Below, one piece after another: positions 24,767 through 34,763 of a DNA stretch of 43,869 nt. Origin of the DNA: a virus; the IMG/VR virus record IMGVR_UViG_3300031159_000005; one strand, given 5' to 3'. The translations under genes and the position numbers were made by a program. The notes under the pieces are model-generated. The model saw only the letters and a list, made by a program, of their open reading frames with translations. It did not search any database and was not told the DNA's origin. Each line of letters opens with the position of its first letter. The stretch's first letter is position 1.

Positions 24767-25265
24767 TTATGCATCGATTCGGTCGGAAATCGTCCGCCCG
24801 CTTGCAACGGCGCTCGGCATACCGGTCATCATGGCCGATCAGACGGGCCAAATTCCGCCGTATCCTTTCGTGACGTATAAAATGACTTCCCCATACCTTG
24901 AAACGTCTGTGCATGGCGCAGAGAGCGTCACAGACACCGGGGACGGCCTCAAGCGGACGCAGGAAAAGCACGTCGAGGTCGTGTTTTCGTTCACGGTCCA
25001 TTCGAAAGACCCGGATGAAGCCTACCAGCGGTGCTATGCGCTCATCGAGCATTTCGATTTCGCCGGGCGCGATGCGTTGCGGGACGTCGGCATCGTCGTC
25101 GTCAACGTTACGAACGTCCAGAACCGGGACGTTTTTCTGACGATCGAATACGAGCGCCGCGTCGGGTGCGACGTGCGGTTCCGAGTGCTCAATCGTAGCG
25201 AACTGATACCGGATCCGGACGCGGGCTATTTCATCGAGTCCGCGGAAATTCAATATGAGGGGTGA
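24759..25265 (+). CDS. Tail terminator/completion-like protein
   Basis: Position directly upstream of the major tail genes. TTG start after GGGTGAG. Confidence 0.45.
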   Translation: MLDYASIRSEIVRPLATALGIPVIMADQTGQIPPYPFVTYKMTSPYLETSVHGAESVTDTGDGLKRTQEKHVEVVFSFTVHSKDPDEAYQRCYALIEHFDFAGRDALRDVGIVVVNVTNVQNRDVFLTIEYERRVGCDVRFRVLNRSELIPDPDAGYFIESAEIQYEG

Positions 25266-26272
25266 TCAAGTTGCCTATTCGTGATGTGACAGTCACCATT
25301 GATCTGCAACGGCCCGCCGGCCTGATCGGGTTCGGCAAGCCGCTGATTCTCGGGACGAAGACGGGCGGCGCACCGTACAAGGAATATTCCGATTTGGAAG
25401 GTCTGAGCGCCGATTACGGCCCGTCGACCGAGGTCTACAAGATGGCCGCCACACTCACAGGACAGGGCCAGAATTCGCCGGCCGTGTTTGCTGTCGTGGC
25501 ACATGACGACGGTGGGGATCCGGTTGCTACGCTGCAAAGCGTCTGGGACAAGGACTGGTACTTCCTGCTGACCACGGAATCGGATGTCTCGACGATCAAG
25601 GCTCTTGCCGACGTTGTGGAAGGCAAGGGCTTCAAGATGTTTGCGACGCGGGTCGGCGACGAGGCAGATCTGGCTGTCCTGAAAGCTCAGGATTACGACC
25701 GGACGTTTGTGATTTATCACAGCACCGAAGCAAACAAATTCCCGGATGCCGCCTGGGTGGGTGCCCGCGGGTCGCAGCCGGTCGGATCCGTGACGTGGAA
25801 GTTCGCGCAGCTCATCGGCATCACGGCCGACGACATAGGCCTTTCGACCGTGCAGAGTGTGAATGCGGCCGGCGGCAACGTCTATGTCATGCGCGGCGGC
25901 CAGCCGCGGACGGGCGAGGGCATCGTTGTGAGCGGCGAGTTCATCGACGTGATCATGTCGAAGGACTGGGTGCAGATCAACATCGAGAACGCCATCCAGA
26001 ACCTGCTCAACAACTCGCCGAAAATCCCGTACACGAACGCTGGGATTGCGCAGCTTGAGGCGGCCACCGTCAATGTTCTGCGCGCCGGATTCAATCAAGG
26101 CATCATCGCCGAAGATGCCGACGGTCTGCCGCTGTACTCGACGGACTTCCCGACACGGGAAGAAACCAATCCGTCCGATCGTGCGCAGCGGAAGTACACC
26201 GGCGCAACGTTTACGTTTGAGCTGGCGGGGGCCGTACATGAAGCGACAATCCACGGCACCATTACGGTGTAA
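25262..26272 (+). CDS. Major tail structural protein, sheath-like (336 aa; start GTG 25262 or TTG 25271)
   Basis: Position before a tube-sized protein, chaperone and tape measure. The downstream gp25/J-type baseplate suggests a contractile tail. Confidence 0.5.
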   Translation: MIKLPIRDVTVTIDLQRPAGLIGFGKPLILGTKTGGAPYKEYSDLEGLSADYGPSTEVYKMAATLTGQGQNSPAVFAVVAHDDGGDPVATLQSVWDKDWYFLLTTESDVSTIKALADVVEGKGFKMFATRVGDEADLAVLKAQDYDRTFVIYHSTEANKFPDAAWVGARGSQPVGSVTWKFAQLIGITADDIGLSTVQSVNAAGGNVYVMRGGQPRTGEGIVVSGEFIDVIMSKDWVQINIENAIQNLLNNSPKIPYTNAGIAQLEAATVNVLRAGFNQGIIAEDADGLPLYSTDFPTREETNPSDRAQRKYTGATFTFELAGAVHEATIHGTITV

Positions 26273-26288
26273 AGGGGGTTGACAGGAA

Positions 26289-26684
26289 ATGATCAATTCG
26301 TATGACGCAAAAAACGTGACCGTCGTCGTTGACGGCGTATATATCACCGGATTCGCCGAAGGCTCGTTCGTCGAGTGCGAGAAGGCGGAGGACACTTATC
26401 AAACGTCGGTTGGCGCACAGGGTGACGTCGGGATCAGCGAGGTCAATAACCCGCTCGGAAACATCACGATCACGTTACAGCAAACGTCGCCGTCGGTGTC
26501 GTATCTTAACCGGCTGGCTGCATCGAAACGGATCGTTTCGGTGTGGGTGATCTCAAACAACACGCCGCGCGAAAAGATCGGCGGTACGCAGGCGCGCGTA
26601 CTCAGGCCGGCTCAGACCACGTATTCGAACTCGATCGAGTCGCGGGCATTTCAGCTGCAGGTCTTCGACTATACGCAAGAATAA
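26289..26684 (+). CDS. Tail tube-like protein (131 aa)
   Basis: Size and position, followed by a terminator. Confidence 0.5.
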   Translation: MINSYDAKNVTVVVDGVYITGFAEGSFVECEKAEDTYQTSVGAQGDVGISEVNNPLGNITITLQQTSPSVSYLNRLAASKRIVSVWVISNNTPREKIGGTQARVLRPAQTTYSNSIESRAFQLQVFDYTQE

Positions 26685-26708
26685 GGGGCCGGCGTCGGCC
26701 CCTATTTT
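26685..26708 (+). terminator. Intrinsic terminator GGGGCCG-gcgt-CGGCCCC + TATTTT
   Basis: Read directly. Confidence 0.75.
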
Positions 26709-26725
26709 CATGGGAGGGATGATTC

Positions 26726-26995
26726 GTGAGCGAAATCAAGAAACCGAAGCAGAAGACCGTCACGATCGGCGGAATCGAATTCACATTCCAGTTCCCGGGC
26801 GTTCGCAAAGCTCTGCAGATGGCCGACGAAAGCAAGGACCGGTACGGCAACCTGCTGACCGAAAAGTATTACGGCCAGATCATGGAGCATGTGATCGTGT
26901 CTCCGCGCACGAACTGGGAGTTCTGGGACGAACATCTCGACATCATGGAGGATGTATTCGAAGAAGCCTTTCGATTTCTGCACAATCCCAGATAG
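26726..26995 (+). CDS. Tail assembly chaperone (XkdN / gpG-like), short form
   Basis: 89 aa, immediately upstream of the tape measure. GTG start 6 nt after GGGAGGGA. Confidence 0.65.
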   Translation: MSEIKKPKQKTVTIGGIEFTFQFPGVRKALQMADESKDRYGNLLTEKYYGQIMEHVIVSPRTNWEFWDEHLDIMEDVFEEAFRFLHNPR

Positions 26996-27179
26996 ACCGC
27001 CCAACTATTATGAGCATGAAGCGCGCAAGCGCTTTTTATATTGGCGTCTGGTTTTCGAGGGCGGCATCCCTCCATCCGAGGTCGATCTGATGGACTGGGA
27101 CGGAATTATGGAAGCCAGCGCTGCGCTTGATATGTTCCCGCGGAGAGGAGGTGGATTCCCGTGGCCGGTGAAGCCTTGA
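26895..27179 (+). other. +1-frame open window overlapping the chaperone 3' end and extending to the tape-measure start; candidate frameshift extension (gpGT-like long form)
   Basis: This frame is open from 26895 to TGA 27177-27179, whereas the chaperone frame stops at 26993-26995. No equivalent ORF exists in the -1 frame. Confidence 0.5.
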
Positions 27180-29242
27180 GACGGCTATATGCCGAGGTCG
27201 GATGGAAAATCGATGATGCGCCGCTGCGACGGCTCGACAAAATACTAGACGACATCAAGAAGTCCATGCTCGGCGGCTCGGTTGAAAAGTTCGAGGATGA
27301 TCTCGAAGATGCGACGGACGACGCGAAAAAGCTTGGAAAAGAGCTTGCCGAGGCCGACAAGGAAGTCAAAGACCTCGGCAAAGACATGAAAAAAGCCGGA
27401 CGCGAGATGTCGTCTTCGTTGGACGATGCCGGCGACAAGGCGCGGAGACTGAAACGCGAAACGAAAGACGCCGGCGACGAGGCGGATCGCAGCCGGAGGA
27501 AATTTCAGCGTTTCGGCGATGCTCTGAATAACATCAGCCGGAGCATGACAGGCGGCTTCTGGCGTATGGGAACGTCACTCCTCCGGGCACCATTTTCGCT
27601 TCCGGGGATGATCATAGGAGGGGCGGCGACTTACGGGGCCGTCCGGTACGGCCTCATGAATCCCTTGCGGATGGCCAGCGAGTTCGAACAGGCGGAAATT
27701 GCGTTTACAACGATGCTCGGGTCGGCAGAAAAGGCCCGCGAGTTCATCGATGAGATGAACCGGTTCGCGGTTGAAACGCCTTTCGATGTTGCAGGCGTCC
27801 AGGATGCAGCGAAGCGCATGCTCGCCTTCGGTTTCCGCCAGGAGCAAATCATTCCCTACCTGACGGCCATTGGGAACGCTGCGGCCGGCCTTGGGGGCGG
27901 TACCGATCTGATCGACCGAATCAGCCTTGCCATCGGGCAAATGCAGGCGAAGTCGAAGGTCAGCGCTGAAGAAATGCTTCAGTTGACCGAAGCCGGCATC
28001 CCGGCGTGGGAAATCCTCTCGCAGAAGATGGGGAAATCGACGCAAGAACTCATGAAGATGACCTCGAATGGTCTGATCCCCGCGGACAAAGCAATTGCAA
28101 TGCTGATCGAGGGCATGAATGAGCGGTTCCCGGATATGCTGCAGAAGCAAGCAGATTCGTTAGATGGGCTGAAAAATCAGATTCTGGAAACATTCAACCT
28201 TGTCGTCGTGAAACGATGGGGGGACGGTCTGGCGCGGGCGCTGAAACCGAGATTTGCGAACCTCAATCGCTGGATCGAGGAAAACGACGACAAGATTCAG
28301 CGTTGGGGGAGTGCGCTTGAAAAAACCGCGTTTGAGGGCTTCGACTATTTGCTGCGGCAAGGGGAACGCGCGTTCGAATATATTCGATCGAACTACCTCG
28401 AAAACGAGGAGTTCCAGCAGTTGCCCTTCAACAAGAAGATCGAATATGTATTCTCGGACATTGAGCGGAAGTTCAAGGCCTGGTATGACAGTGGCGGGAA
28501 GGCGAAGATCGAGGAAGGCGCAAGGAATTTTGTAAAGTGGACAAAAGAGATACTCGAAGCTTCTACAAAACAATTGACCGAGATCGGTATTTTGCTTGGA
28601 AAAACAATAGGATCAGGACTTGTAACCGGTCTAGGAGAAGCGGCAAAAGACCACCCGATTCTGGCGGGTCTAGTAACTGCGGCGGCGGTTCCCGGGCCGC
28701 CAGTTGTAAAGGCAGCCGCAGGATTAGCTACTGCAACAAGTGCAGCAATTCTAGGTGAATCCGAAAAATCGATCGAGAAGCAAGAAAAGGCTCGGCAGGA
28801 GCGGATGAACCGGGTCGTCAACTTCTACGGCAAACTCGAGTCCAAACCGAGCGACCAGCCACTTTTCACAGGCGGCGCAATTTCGGCAGCGCCAAAACAA
28901 AGCTGGTGGGATCGGACGCGCAATTGGATGCAAGACAAAATTGTGGGCGGCATTCCCGGTCACGCGGACGGCCTGCCGTATGTACCGCATGATGACTACA
29001 TCGCACGTCTGCACGAAGGCGAGCGCGTGCTGACAAAGGCCGAGAATGCAGCATATACTCGGCAGGCAACGCAGGCATCAGCTTCGATGCCCAATGTAAC
29101 GATCAATGTCAATGTATCGGCAGCCGCGGCGGCCAGCGGTACGTCCATCGTCAAAGAAGCGGCGAAACAAGGCGCACGTGAAGGGCTGGAAGAGTTCTGG
29201 CGCAGCATGCGGATGAAATACCCTGCGATCCGGGAGGTGTGA
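27161..29242 (+). CDS. Tail tape measure protein
   Basis: 693 aa. FEQAEIAFTTMLGSAEKAREFIDEMNRFAVETPF core typical of TP901-type TMPs. Coiled-coil rich. Confidence 0.9.
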   Translation: MAGEALRRLYAEVGWKIDDAPLRRLDKILDDIKKSMLGGSVEKFEDDLEDATDDAKKLGKELAEADKEVKDLGKDMKKAGREMSSSLDDAGDKARRLKRETKDAGDEADRSRRKFQRFGDALNNISRSMTGGFWRMGTSLLRAPFSLPGMIIGGAATYGAVRYGLMNPLRMASEFEQAEIAFTTMLGSAEKAREFIDEMNRFAVETPFDVAGVQDAAKRMLAFGFRQEQIIPYLTAIGNAAAGLGGGTDLIDRISLAIGQMQAKSKVSAEEMLQLTEAGIPAWEILSQKMGKSTQELMKMTSNGLIPADKAIAMLIEGMNERFPDMLQKQADSLDGLKNQILETFNLVVVKRWGDGLARALKPRFANLNRWIEENDDKIQRWGSALEKTAFEGFDYLLRQGERAFEYIRSNYLENEEFQQLPFNKKIEYVFSDIERKFKAWYDSGGKAKIEEGARNFVKWTKEILEASTKQLTEIGILLGKTIGSGLVTGLGEAAKDHPILAGLVTAAAVPGPPVVKAAAGLATATSAAILGESEKSIEKQEKARQERMNRVVNFYGKLESKPSDQPLFTGGAISAAPKQSWWDRTRNWMQDKIVGGIPGHADGLPYVPHDDYIARLHEGERVLTKAENAAYTRQATQASASMPNVTINVNVSAAAAASGTSIVKEAAKQGAREGLEEFWRSMRMKYPAIREV

Positions 29243-29245
29243 GTC

Positions 29246-29833
29246 ATGGCGATGCTCGGAGGACATCAAATCCATGTGACGTCGGAGGTACCACATCATA
29301 GCGTGAATATAACGCAATACCCTGTCGAGGATGACATATCCCTGACCGACAATGTCGAGCGTCTTCCGACGGCCATGACGATCACCGGGAAGATTCTCGG
29401 CCCGAATGCCGCGAACATCCGAGAAAAACTGGTTCTCGCGATGATGAATGGCCAGCAGTTGGATTATATCGGCCGGAATGCGTTTCGCAAGGTTCTGATC
29501 GCTGATATACAGACCGAGCATGATTTCGAAGTCGCGAACGGCTGCCGATTCACGGCGACCCTGCAACAAGTTCGGATTGCAAAGCCGTCCTATGCACCGT
29601 TTTTGAATGACCCGGTCATGATGGCTCAGGTCAAGCCAACGACGAGCGCGGGGCAGCAGCAACTCGCCAATAAGCCGGCTGCGGGATCACCCCAAATGCA
29701 CACAATACGGCGCGGAGAGACGCTGTATTCCATCGCGCCTAAGTACGGAACGACGTGGCAGGCGATTTTGAAGCTGAATCCCGGCATTGATCCGAAGAAG
29801 TTGCAGATCGGCCAGAAGGTGAGGGTCGCCTGA
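29246..29833 (+). CDS. LysM-domain tail/baseplate protein (XkdP-like)
   Basis: C-terminal HTIRRGETLYSIAPKYGTTWQAILKLNPGIDPKKLQIGQKVRV is a LysM motif. Confidence 0.75.
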   Translation: MAMLGGHQIHVTSEVPHHSVNITQYPVEDDISLTDNVERLPTAMTITGKILGPNAANIREKLVLAMMNGQQLDYIGRNAFRKVLIADIQTEHDFEVANGCRFTATLQQVRIAKPSYAPFLNDPVMMAQVKPTTSAGQQQLANKPAAGSPQMHTIRRGETLYSIAPKYGTTWQAILKLNPGIDPKKLQIGQKVRVA

Positions 29834-30135
29834 TGTACGTTCCGATTCAGAAAGACCAAACGCCATATCGGTTCGAGATTCTGTTGGGCGCCGAGCCCTT
29901 TGAAATGGAAGTCCGCTATAATGCGGACTTCGATTTTTTTACTGTCGACCTCTACAAGGACGGCGAGGCGCTTGTGTATGGCGAAAAGCTGGTCTACGGT
30001 GTGCCGCTTTTCGTCGACGTGTTTGACCAACGGTTCCCGGTGCTCCAGTTGGTTCCCCGGGATGATGCCGGTTTGGAAACGCGCGTCGGGTATGCAAACA
30101 TGGGGGAAACGGTGTTCCTGCAGGTGGTGGAGTAG
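29833..30135 (+). CDS. Hypothetical baseplate-region protein (100 aa)
   Basis: ORF track; TGATG overlap. Confidence 0.5.
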   Translation: MYVPIQKDQTPYRFEILLGAEPFEMEVRYNADFDFFTVDLYKDGEALVYGEKLVYGVPLFVDVFDQRFPVLQLVPRDDAGLETRVGYANMGETVFLQVVE

Positions 30136-30933
30136 ATGGAACAATTCCGAAGGGTTGTCGAGGTCAATGTCAGCGGAAAAACGTTTCGGTCGAAAGACCT
30201 CTATATCGAGTTTGATGTCCCGTTTGACGACGACGCGAGTCCGAACGAGAGCGTGATCCGCATCTACAACCTGACGCAAGACACCATCAGTCGCATCAAG
30301 CGGAACGACGTGCTGACGATAAACGCCGGATATGAGGGAGACGTCGGCCTGCTGCTGTCCGGTCGGGTCTCCTATGTTTCGACACGAAAGGACGGACCGG
30401 ACAAGGTGACGACCATCTATGTGCTGGACAGCTCTGACCTTTCCGGCATCAAGCTTGAGAAGCGCGCATATGCCGCGGGCGTGACGGGGCAGGCCATCCT
30501 GAAGGACCTTGTTCCGCTCCTGAAGGTTCCGGTTGCAGCATTCCGGCTGCCGAAAAACAAGGTATATGCGAAGGGATACACCGTCACCGGGTCCATCATT
30601 GACCACATCGAAGAGGTCGCGAAAGACTGCGGTGCCGCCTGCTACATGAACCGCGGGAAACTGCACATCCGCCCGCTGACTGACGGTGACGACGCGCGGT
30701 TCGTGCTTCGGAACGACACTGGCTTGGTCGGAAGCCCGGATCGATTCGAGGAAGCCGATGGCACGAAAGGCTATCATGTTGAATGCCTACTGCAGCATCG
30801 GATCACGACGGCGTCGATCATCGACATTGAGTCGAAATTCGTGCGCGGTCGCTTTCGGGTCCGGCGTGGACAGCATATATGCAACATGGACACATTCTTG
30901 ACGACAGCGGAAGTGATCGAAAGTGGGAGGTGA
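30136..30933 (+). CDS. Baseplate hub / late-control-D-like protein (XkdQ-like)
   Basis: Size, position and N-terminal pattern (..VSGKTFRSKDLYIEFDV...IRIYNL...). Confidence 0.55.
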   Translation: MEQFRRVVEVNVSGKTFRSKDLYIEFDVPFDDDASPNESVIRIYNLTQDTISRIKRNDVLTINAGYEGDVGLLLSGRVSYVSTRKDGPDKVTTIYVLDSSDLSGIKLEKRAYAAGVTGQAILKDLVPLLKVPVAAFRLPKNKVYAKGYTVTGSIIDHIEEVAKDCGAACYMNRGKLHIRPLTDGDDARFVLRNDTGLVGSPDRFEEADGTKGYHVECLLQHRITTASIIDIESKFVRGRFRVRRGQHICNMDTFLTTAEVIESGR

Positions 30934-30939
30934 TCGAAA

Positions 30940-31329
30940 GTGCCGGACGCTGATGAATTCCTGAAAACCTTCATACGGCAGCACCTGCTGAACCTCCACA
31001 CCGCAATGCCAGCGCGCATCGTCAGCTACGACGAAGCGCGAAAGCGAGCCACGATCCAACCCCTACACAAAACGAAGGAAGTCGGCCGGCCGCCGCAGGA
31101 GCTTCCGGTTGTCCAGAATGTGCCTGTGTTGGCGCAACGTTTCCGGGTTGAAGGCGGAGACCCGCGGGAGTATGTGCCTGTCTACCAACCCGGGGATGTC
31201 GTGTTCGTCGCATTCTCCGAGCGGGCGCTGGATGCGGTTCTTGCCGGCGGCGGACGTCCGGTGCTTCCCGATTCGAGTAGGCATCACAGCCTGAATGACG
31301 CGGTCATTCTGGGGAGGTTGGTTCTGTGA
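30940..31329 (+). CDS. Baseplate module protein (XkdR/spike-V-like)
   Basis: Position. GTG start 6 nt after GGGAGGTGA. Confidence 0.5.
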   Translation: MPDADEFLKTFIRQHLLNLHTAMPARIVSYDEARKRATIQPLHKTKEVGRPPQELPVVQNVPVLAQRFRVEGGDPREYVPVYQPGDVVFVAFSERALDAVLAGGGRPVLPDSSRHHSLNDAVILGRLVL

Positions 31330-31682
31330 AAGATCTCAAATTGCATAACGGCGACCTGGTTTTTGAAAAAGGCGATATGGTCATGGTGGAGGGCGCCGAC
31401 GAGCTCCGTCAGACGGTCTACATCGGCATGCAAACGAATCAGGGCGAGTGGTTTCTGAACCCGGAAATCGGAATCCGGCATGCGGCATTCGTCGGCAAAA
31501 AGCCGAGCGACGAGGAAATGCGCGCCGAAATCATCCGCGGCGCTATGCAGGATGAGCGGATCCAGAGCGTTGAGGACATCCGGATTGAACGTGACCTGAA
31601 AAACCGGAAACTGACCGCGGCGTTCCGGGCGACAGCGGTCAGCGGCGAATCAATCGACGGGGAGGTGGAGATCGGTGCTTGA
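31326..31682 (+). CDS. Baseplate wedge protein, gp25/GPW-like (XkdS-like)
   Basis: ..GDL....G.......DELRQTVYIGMQTNQGEWFLNPEIG... pattern. GTGA overlap. Confidence 0.65.
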   Translation: MKDLKLHNGDLVFEKGDMVMVEGADELRQTVYIGMQTNQGEWFLNPEIGIRHAAFVGKKPSDEEMRAEIIRGAMQDERIQSVEDIRIERDLKNRKLTAAFRATAVSGESIDGEVEIGA

Positions 31683-32853
31683 TGCGAGGGGGTTCAAGAG
31701 GCCCACATACGCTGAAATATTCGCGGAGATGGAGACGGAGGCAAAGGCGCGGTTCGGGGAAAACGTGAACACGTCCGAACGTTCGTTCCTCGGCATCCTG
31801 CTGCGTATCGTGGCGTGGTTCCTGTCGAAAGTCTGGCAGGTCACCGAAAACACATATTACAGCGCGTATGTGAACACGGCGGAGGGCGTGCAGCTCGATC
31901 GCCTCGGACCGTATGTTGGCATCACGCGGAAACTGGAAACGTGGGCGACAGGGACGATCCAGCTCACCGGCACGCCGGGGCATACGGAGCCGGCCGGGTT
32001 CCGCGTGGAGACGCCTGCCGGCGTGGTGTTTGAGACGGTCGAAGATATCACATTGGACGGCAGCGGCGTCGGCACGGGCGAGATCCGGGCGCTGGAACCG
32101 GGAACGATCGGGAACGTGGCGGCCGGCTCCATCACCGTAATAACGAATCCGAACGCCAATATAACGAGCGTCACCAATCCGGAACCGACCTCCGGCGGAC
32201 AGAACAAAGAGACGGACCAGGAGTTTCGGGAGCGCTTTATGCAGTCGACAGCCGGCGGTGGCGCCGCTACGATCGACAGCATTCGGTCGGCACTCCTTCG
32301 TACTCCGGGCGTCCGTGCGGCCGTCGTGATCGAAAACAATTCCATGTCAACGGATGCAGCCGGACGGCCGCCGAAGTCCTTTGAGGCGTTTGTACTCGGC
32401 GGAGATCCTGAGGACATCGGGCAAACGATCTTGAACACGAAAGCCGCGGGCATCGAAAGCTACGGAACCGAAAGCGTCGTTATCAACGATATTTCGGGCA
32501 ATCCGCACACGATCCGCTTTTCCCACGCCGAAGAAGTGCCGATCTACGTCCGGGTCATGGTTCGCACGAACAACCAATACCCGGTTGACGGCGACGTGCA
32601 AGTGGAATCCGCGATCATCCGCTATATCGGCGGCGAGGATTACGACGGTCAGCTATATGTCGGACTGAATATGGGCGACGACGTCATCCACTCCAGATTG
32701 ATCGCGGCAGTGTACAAAGTCGCCGGCATCGAGGACGCCACGGTCGAACTGTCCACGGACGGCACAACATGGGCGCAGGCGAACGTCTCCATCGATCAGC
32801 AAGAGGTTGCGCAAACGTCGCATGCGATCATCGAGGTGGTGCATGCGACATGA
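31675..32853 (+). CDS. Baseplate J-like protein (XkdT-like)
   Basis: 392 aa. Position after the gp25-like gene. Central ...GTIGNVAAGSITVI.NP.....VTNPEPTSGG... pattern typical of the J family. Confidence 0.7.
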   Translation: MLDARGFKRPTYAEIFAEMETEAKARFGENVNTSERSFLGILLRIVAWFLSKVWQVTENTYYSAYVNTAEGVQLDRLGPYVGITRKLETWATGTIQLTGTPGHTEPAGFRVETPAGVVFETVEDITLDGSGVGTGEIRALEPGTIGNVAAGSITVITNPNANITSVTNPEPTSGGQNKETDQEFRERFMQSTAGGGAATIDSIRSALLRTPGVRAAVVIENNSMSTDAAGRPPKSFEAFVLGGDPEDIGQTILNTKAAGIESYGTESVVINDISGNPHTIRFSHAEEVPIYVRVMVRTNNQYPVDGDVQVESAIIRYIGGEDYDGQLYVGLNMGDDVIHSRLIAAVYKVAGIEDATVELSTDGTTWAQANVSIDQQEVAQTSHAIIEVVHAT

Positions 32854-33488
32854 TCACCGTCCAGGACATGCTCCGCCGGCTGACGGATGTATTCCGGAAA
32901 GACCCGGAATCGAACATCGGCAAGCTGATGGCGATTCTGGCCGATCAACTGGCGAAGCTTGAACAGACCGTTCAGCGTGTCGAGGAATGGCGTGACATTG
33001 ACAAGGCAGAGGGCACAACACTGGACCGTATCGGGGAGAACGTCGCCCAACACCGCGGAGCGACCACGGATGAAATCTACCGCATCCTGATCAAGTCCAA
33101 AATCGCGCGGAATCTCTCAAAGGGCGACATCAACACGATCATCACGGTGCTTTCGACCGCTCTGGACACGGATCCGAGCGAAATCAAAATCGAGGAGCTA
33201 TATGCAGATCCAATCGCGCCGGAGCCGGCGGCCATATCCCTGATCGCGCTCCCCCTCGACCGGATCAATGCGGTCGGGATGGATCCGAGACAATTTGCCG
33301 CGATTGTGCAGAAAACCGTCGCCGCTGGTGTCCGTGTCGGTGTGATTGAACTAACCGGCACTTTTGAATATGGGGCTATTGGCGATCCATCAGACCCGAA
33401 TGCTGGATTTGCCGATCTTGACCAGACCATGGGCGGCACGCTCGGCGCCGCATATTCGCCGGGTCTTGTGCCTGATTTACCGTTATAG
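32850..33488 (+). CDS. XkdU/YmfQ-like (DUF2313-type) tail protein
   Basis: N-terminal MLRRLTDVFRKDPESNIGKLMAILADQL..L......W.DIDKAEGTTLDRIGENV pattern. ATGA overlap. Confidence 0.6.
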   Translation: MITVQDMLRRLTDVFRKDPESNIGKLMAILADQLAKLEQTVQRVEEWRDIDKAEGTTLDRIGENVAQHRGATTDEIYRILIKSKIARNLSKGDINTIITVLSTALDTDPSEIKIEELYADPIAPEPAAISLIALPLDRINAVGMDPRQFAAIVQKTVAAGVRVGVIELTGTFEYGAIGDPSDPNAGFADLDQTMGGTLGAAYSPGLVPDLPL

Positions 33489-33500
33489 GAGGGATGATCC

Positions 33501-34751
33501 ATGCCATTTAATGAACAGTTGCCTCAATGGGATGCGCCCGGAATTGAGCCGCCTGCATCGAAGAAAAACACGGGTTGGCAGGCTGGAGAGAAGCCGCCCG
33601 CCGACTACTGGAACTGGCAGATGAATCGCACCTATATGGTGCTCAAAGAGTTGCGGGAAAAGGTGGCCGAAGCACAGGATTTGCTCAACCATACAGCGGC
33701 CACCACCAGCGTCCACGGCGCCACGAGCGCGGCCACGCCGAATACGCTGGTTCAGCGGGACCCGGCAGGTCGGTTCAAAGCTGGCGCGCCGTCTGCATCG
33801 GACGATGTGGCGCGGAAGGCGGAAGTGGATGCAATAACTACGCAAAGTATCAATGTTATCTCGACAAGAAATGCTTCCGTGCCCGGAACTGACTACCCGA
33901 TAGGCATTACAACGTTTGTGGTCAGCGATGTAAATGCAGGGTGGCCTGAAGCCACGGGGCAAGTCATTACGTTCAAGCCCGCCAGTTACAGGGCAACGCA
34001 ACAGTTCGCCAGCCATATTGGCGTAAGAAATTATTTTCGAAGGTGGGATTCGAACAATCAACAGTGGTTGGACTGGCATGAATTCCCGGTTCTTGGAGCG
34101 GTTAATACGTTTCTAGGGATTCAACGGTTTCAGGGTAGGGCCTCTGAGGACCATGCCGGTATATCGTTATACAATCCAGACGGGAATTTGGTTGGGGCCT
34201 ATTTCTATCATTACCAGACCGGACGCCTTATAATGCGGAAATACACGCCGTCTACTGGTGAAATCGAGGCTGACCTCTGGCTTCAAGCCAGCGAGTTTAA
34301 ATATCGGGTCGGAAATAACAGCTATGATATATGGCATTCGGGAAATGTTCCGATTGAAACCGGCAACTGGACGCCGGACCTCCGATTCGGCGGCTCGAAC
34401 GCGGGGATTACTTATGCCACCCGTGCCGGACGATATACTCGAATCGGCAATGTGGTGTTTTGGGAGATCGATATGGTTCTGACTTCAAAAGGCTCGGCTA
34501 CCGGTGACGCAACCATTGCCGGATTGCCGTTTACATCGAATGCGAGCCGTCCGATTGTCGATATTGTAGGATCTATCTCAGGATTCACACTTCCATCTGG
34601 AACAACCGGAGTGGTTTTCCGGGTTTCTAATAATTCAAATACCATTGCAGTCATCCGAATCGGTAACTCTCTGGCATCTGTCGCAACAGCAACAAGCGAT
34701 CATTTCTCGGACAGCTCTGTCATTCGGGCATCTGGAAAATATACAATCTAG
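33501..34751 (+). CDS. Tail fibre / receptor-binding protein
   Basis: N-terminal QWDAPGIEPP..KK.TGW.AGEKPPADYWNWQMNRTY typical fibre N-terminus; 416 aa at the end of the baseplate module. Confidence 0.7.
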   Translation: MPFNEQLPQWDAPGIEPPASKKNTGWQAGEKPPADYWNWQMNRTYMVLKELREKVAEAQDLLNHTAATTSVHGATSAATPNTLVQRDPAGRFKAGAPSASDDVARKAEVDAITTQSINVISTRNASVPGTDYPIGITTFVVSDVNAGWPEATGQVITFKPASYRATQQFASHIGVRNYFRRWDSNNQQWLDWHEFPVLGAVNTFLGIQRFQGRASEDHAGISLYNPDGNLVGAYFYHYQTGRLIMRKYTPSTGEIEADLWLQASEFKYRVGNNSYDIWHSGNVPIETGNWTPDLRFGGSNAGITYATRAGRYTRIGNVVFWEIDMVLTSKGSATGDATIAGLPFTSNASRPIVDIVGSISGFTLPSGTTGVVFRVSNNSNTIAVIRIGNSLASVATATSDHFSDSSVIRASGKYTI

Positions 34752-34763
34752 GAGGGGATTGAG

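Noticed and set aside
25250-26395. 381-aa minus-strand ORF over the sheath-like gene
   Set aside because: Shadow ORF in a GC-rich coding region. The + strand genes are translationally coupled and syntenic with the tail modules.
29626-30777. 383-aa minus-strand ORF over the LysM and baseplate genes
   Set aside because: Shadow ORF. The + strand encodes a clear LysM motif and a coupled baseplate gene series.
30913-30942. 13-bp direct repeat GTGATCGAAAGTG (30913-30925 and 30930-30942) at a baseplate gene junction
   Set aside because: It spans the end of one gene (..EVIESGR) and the RBS/start of the next. This is most simply a small local duplication, with no associated structure or second copy elsewhere.
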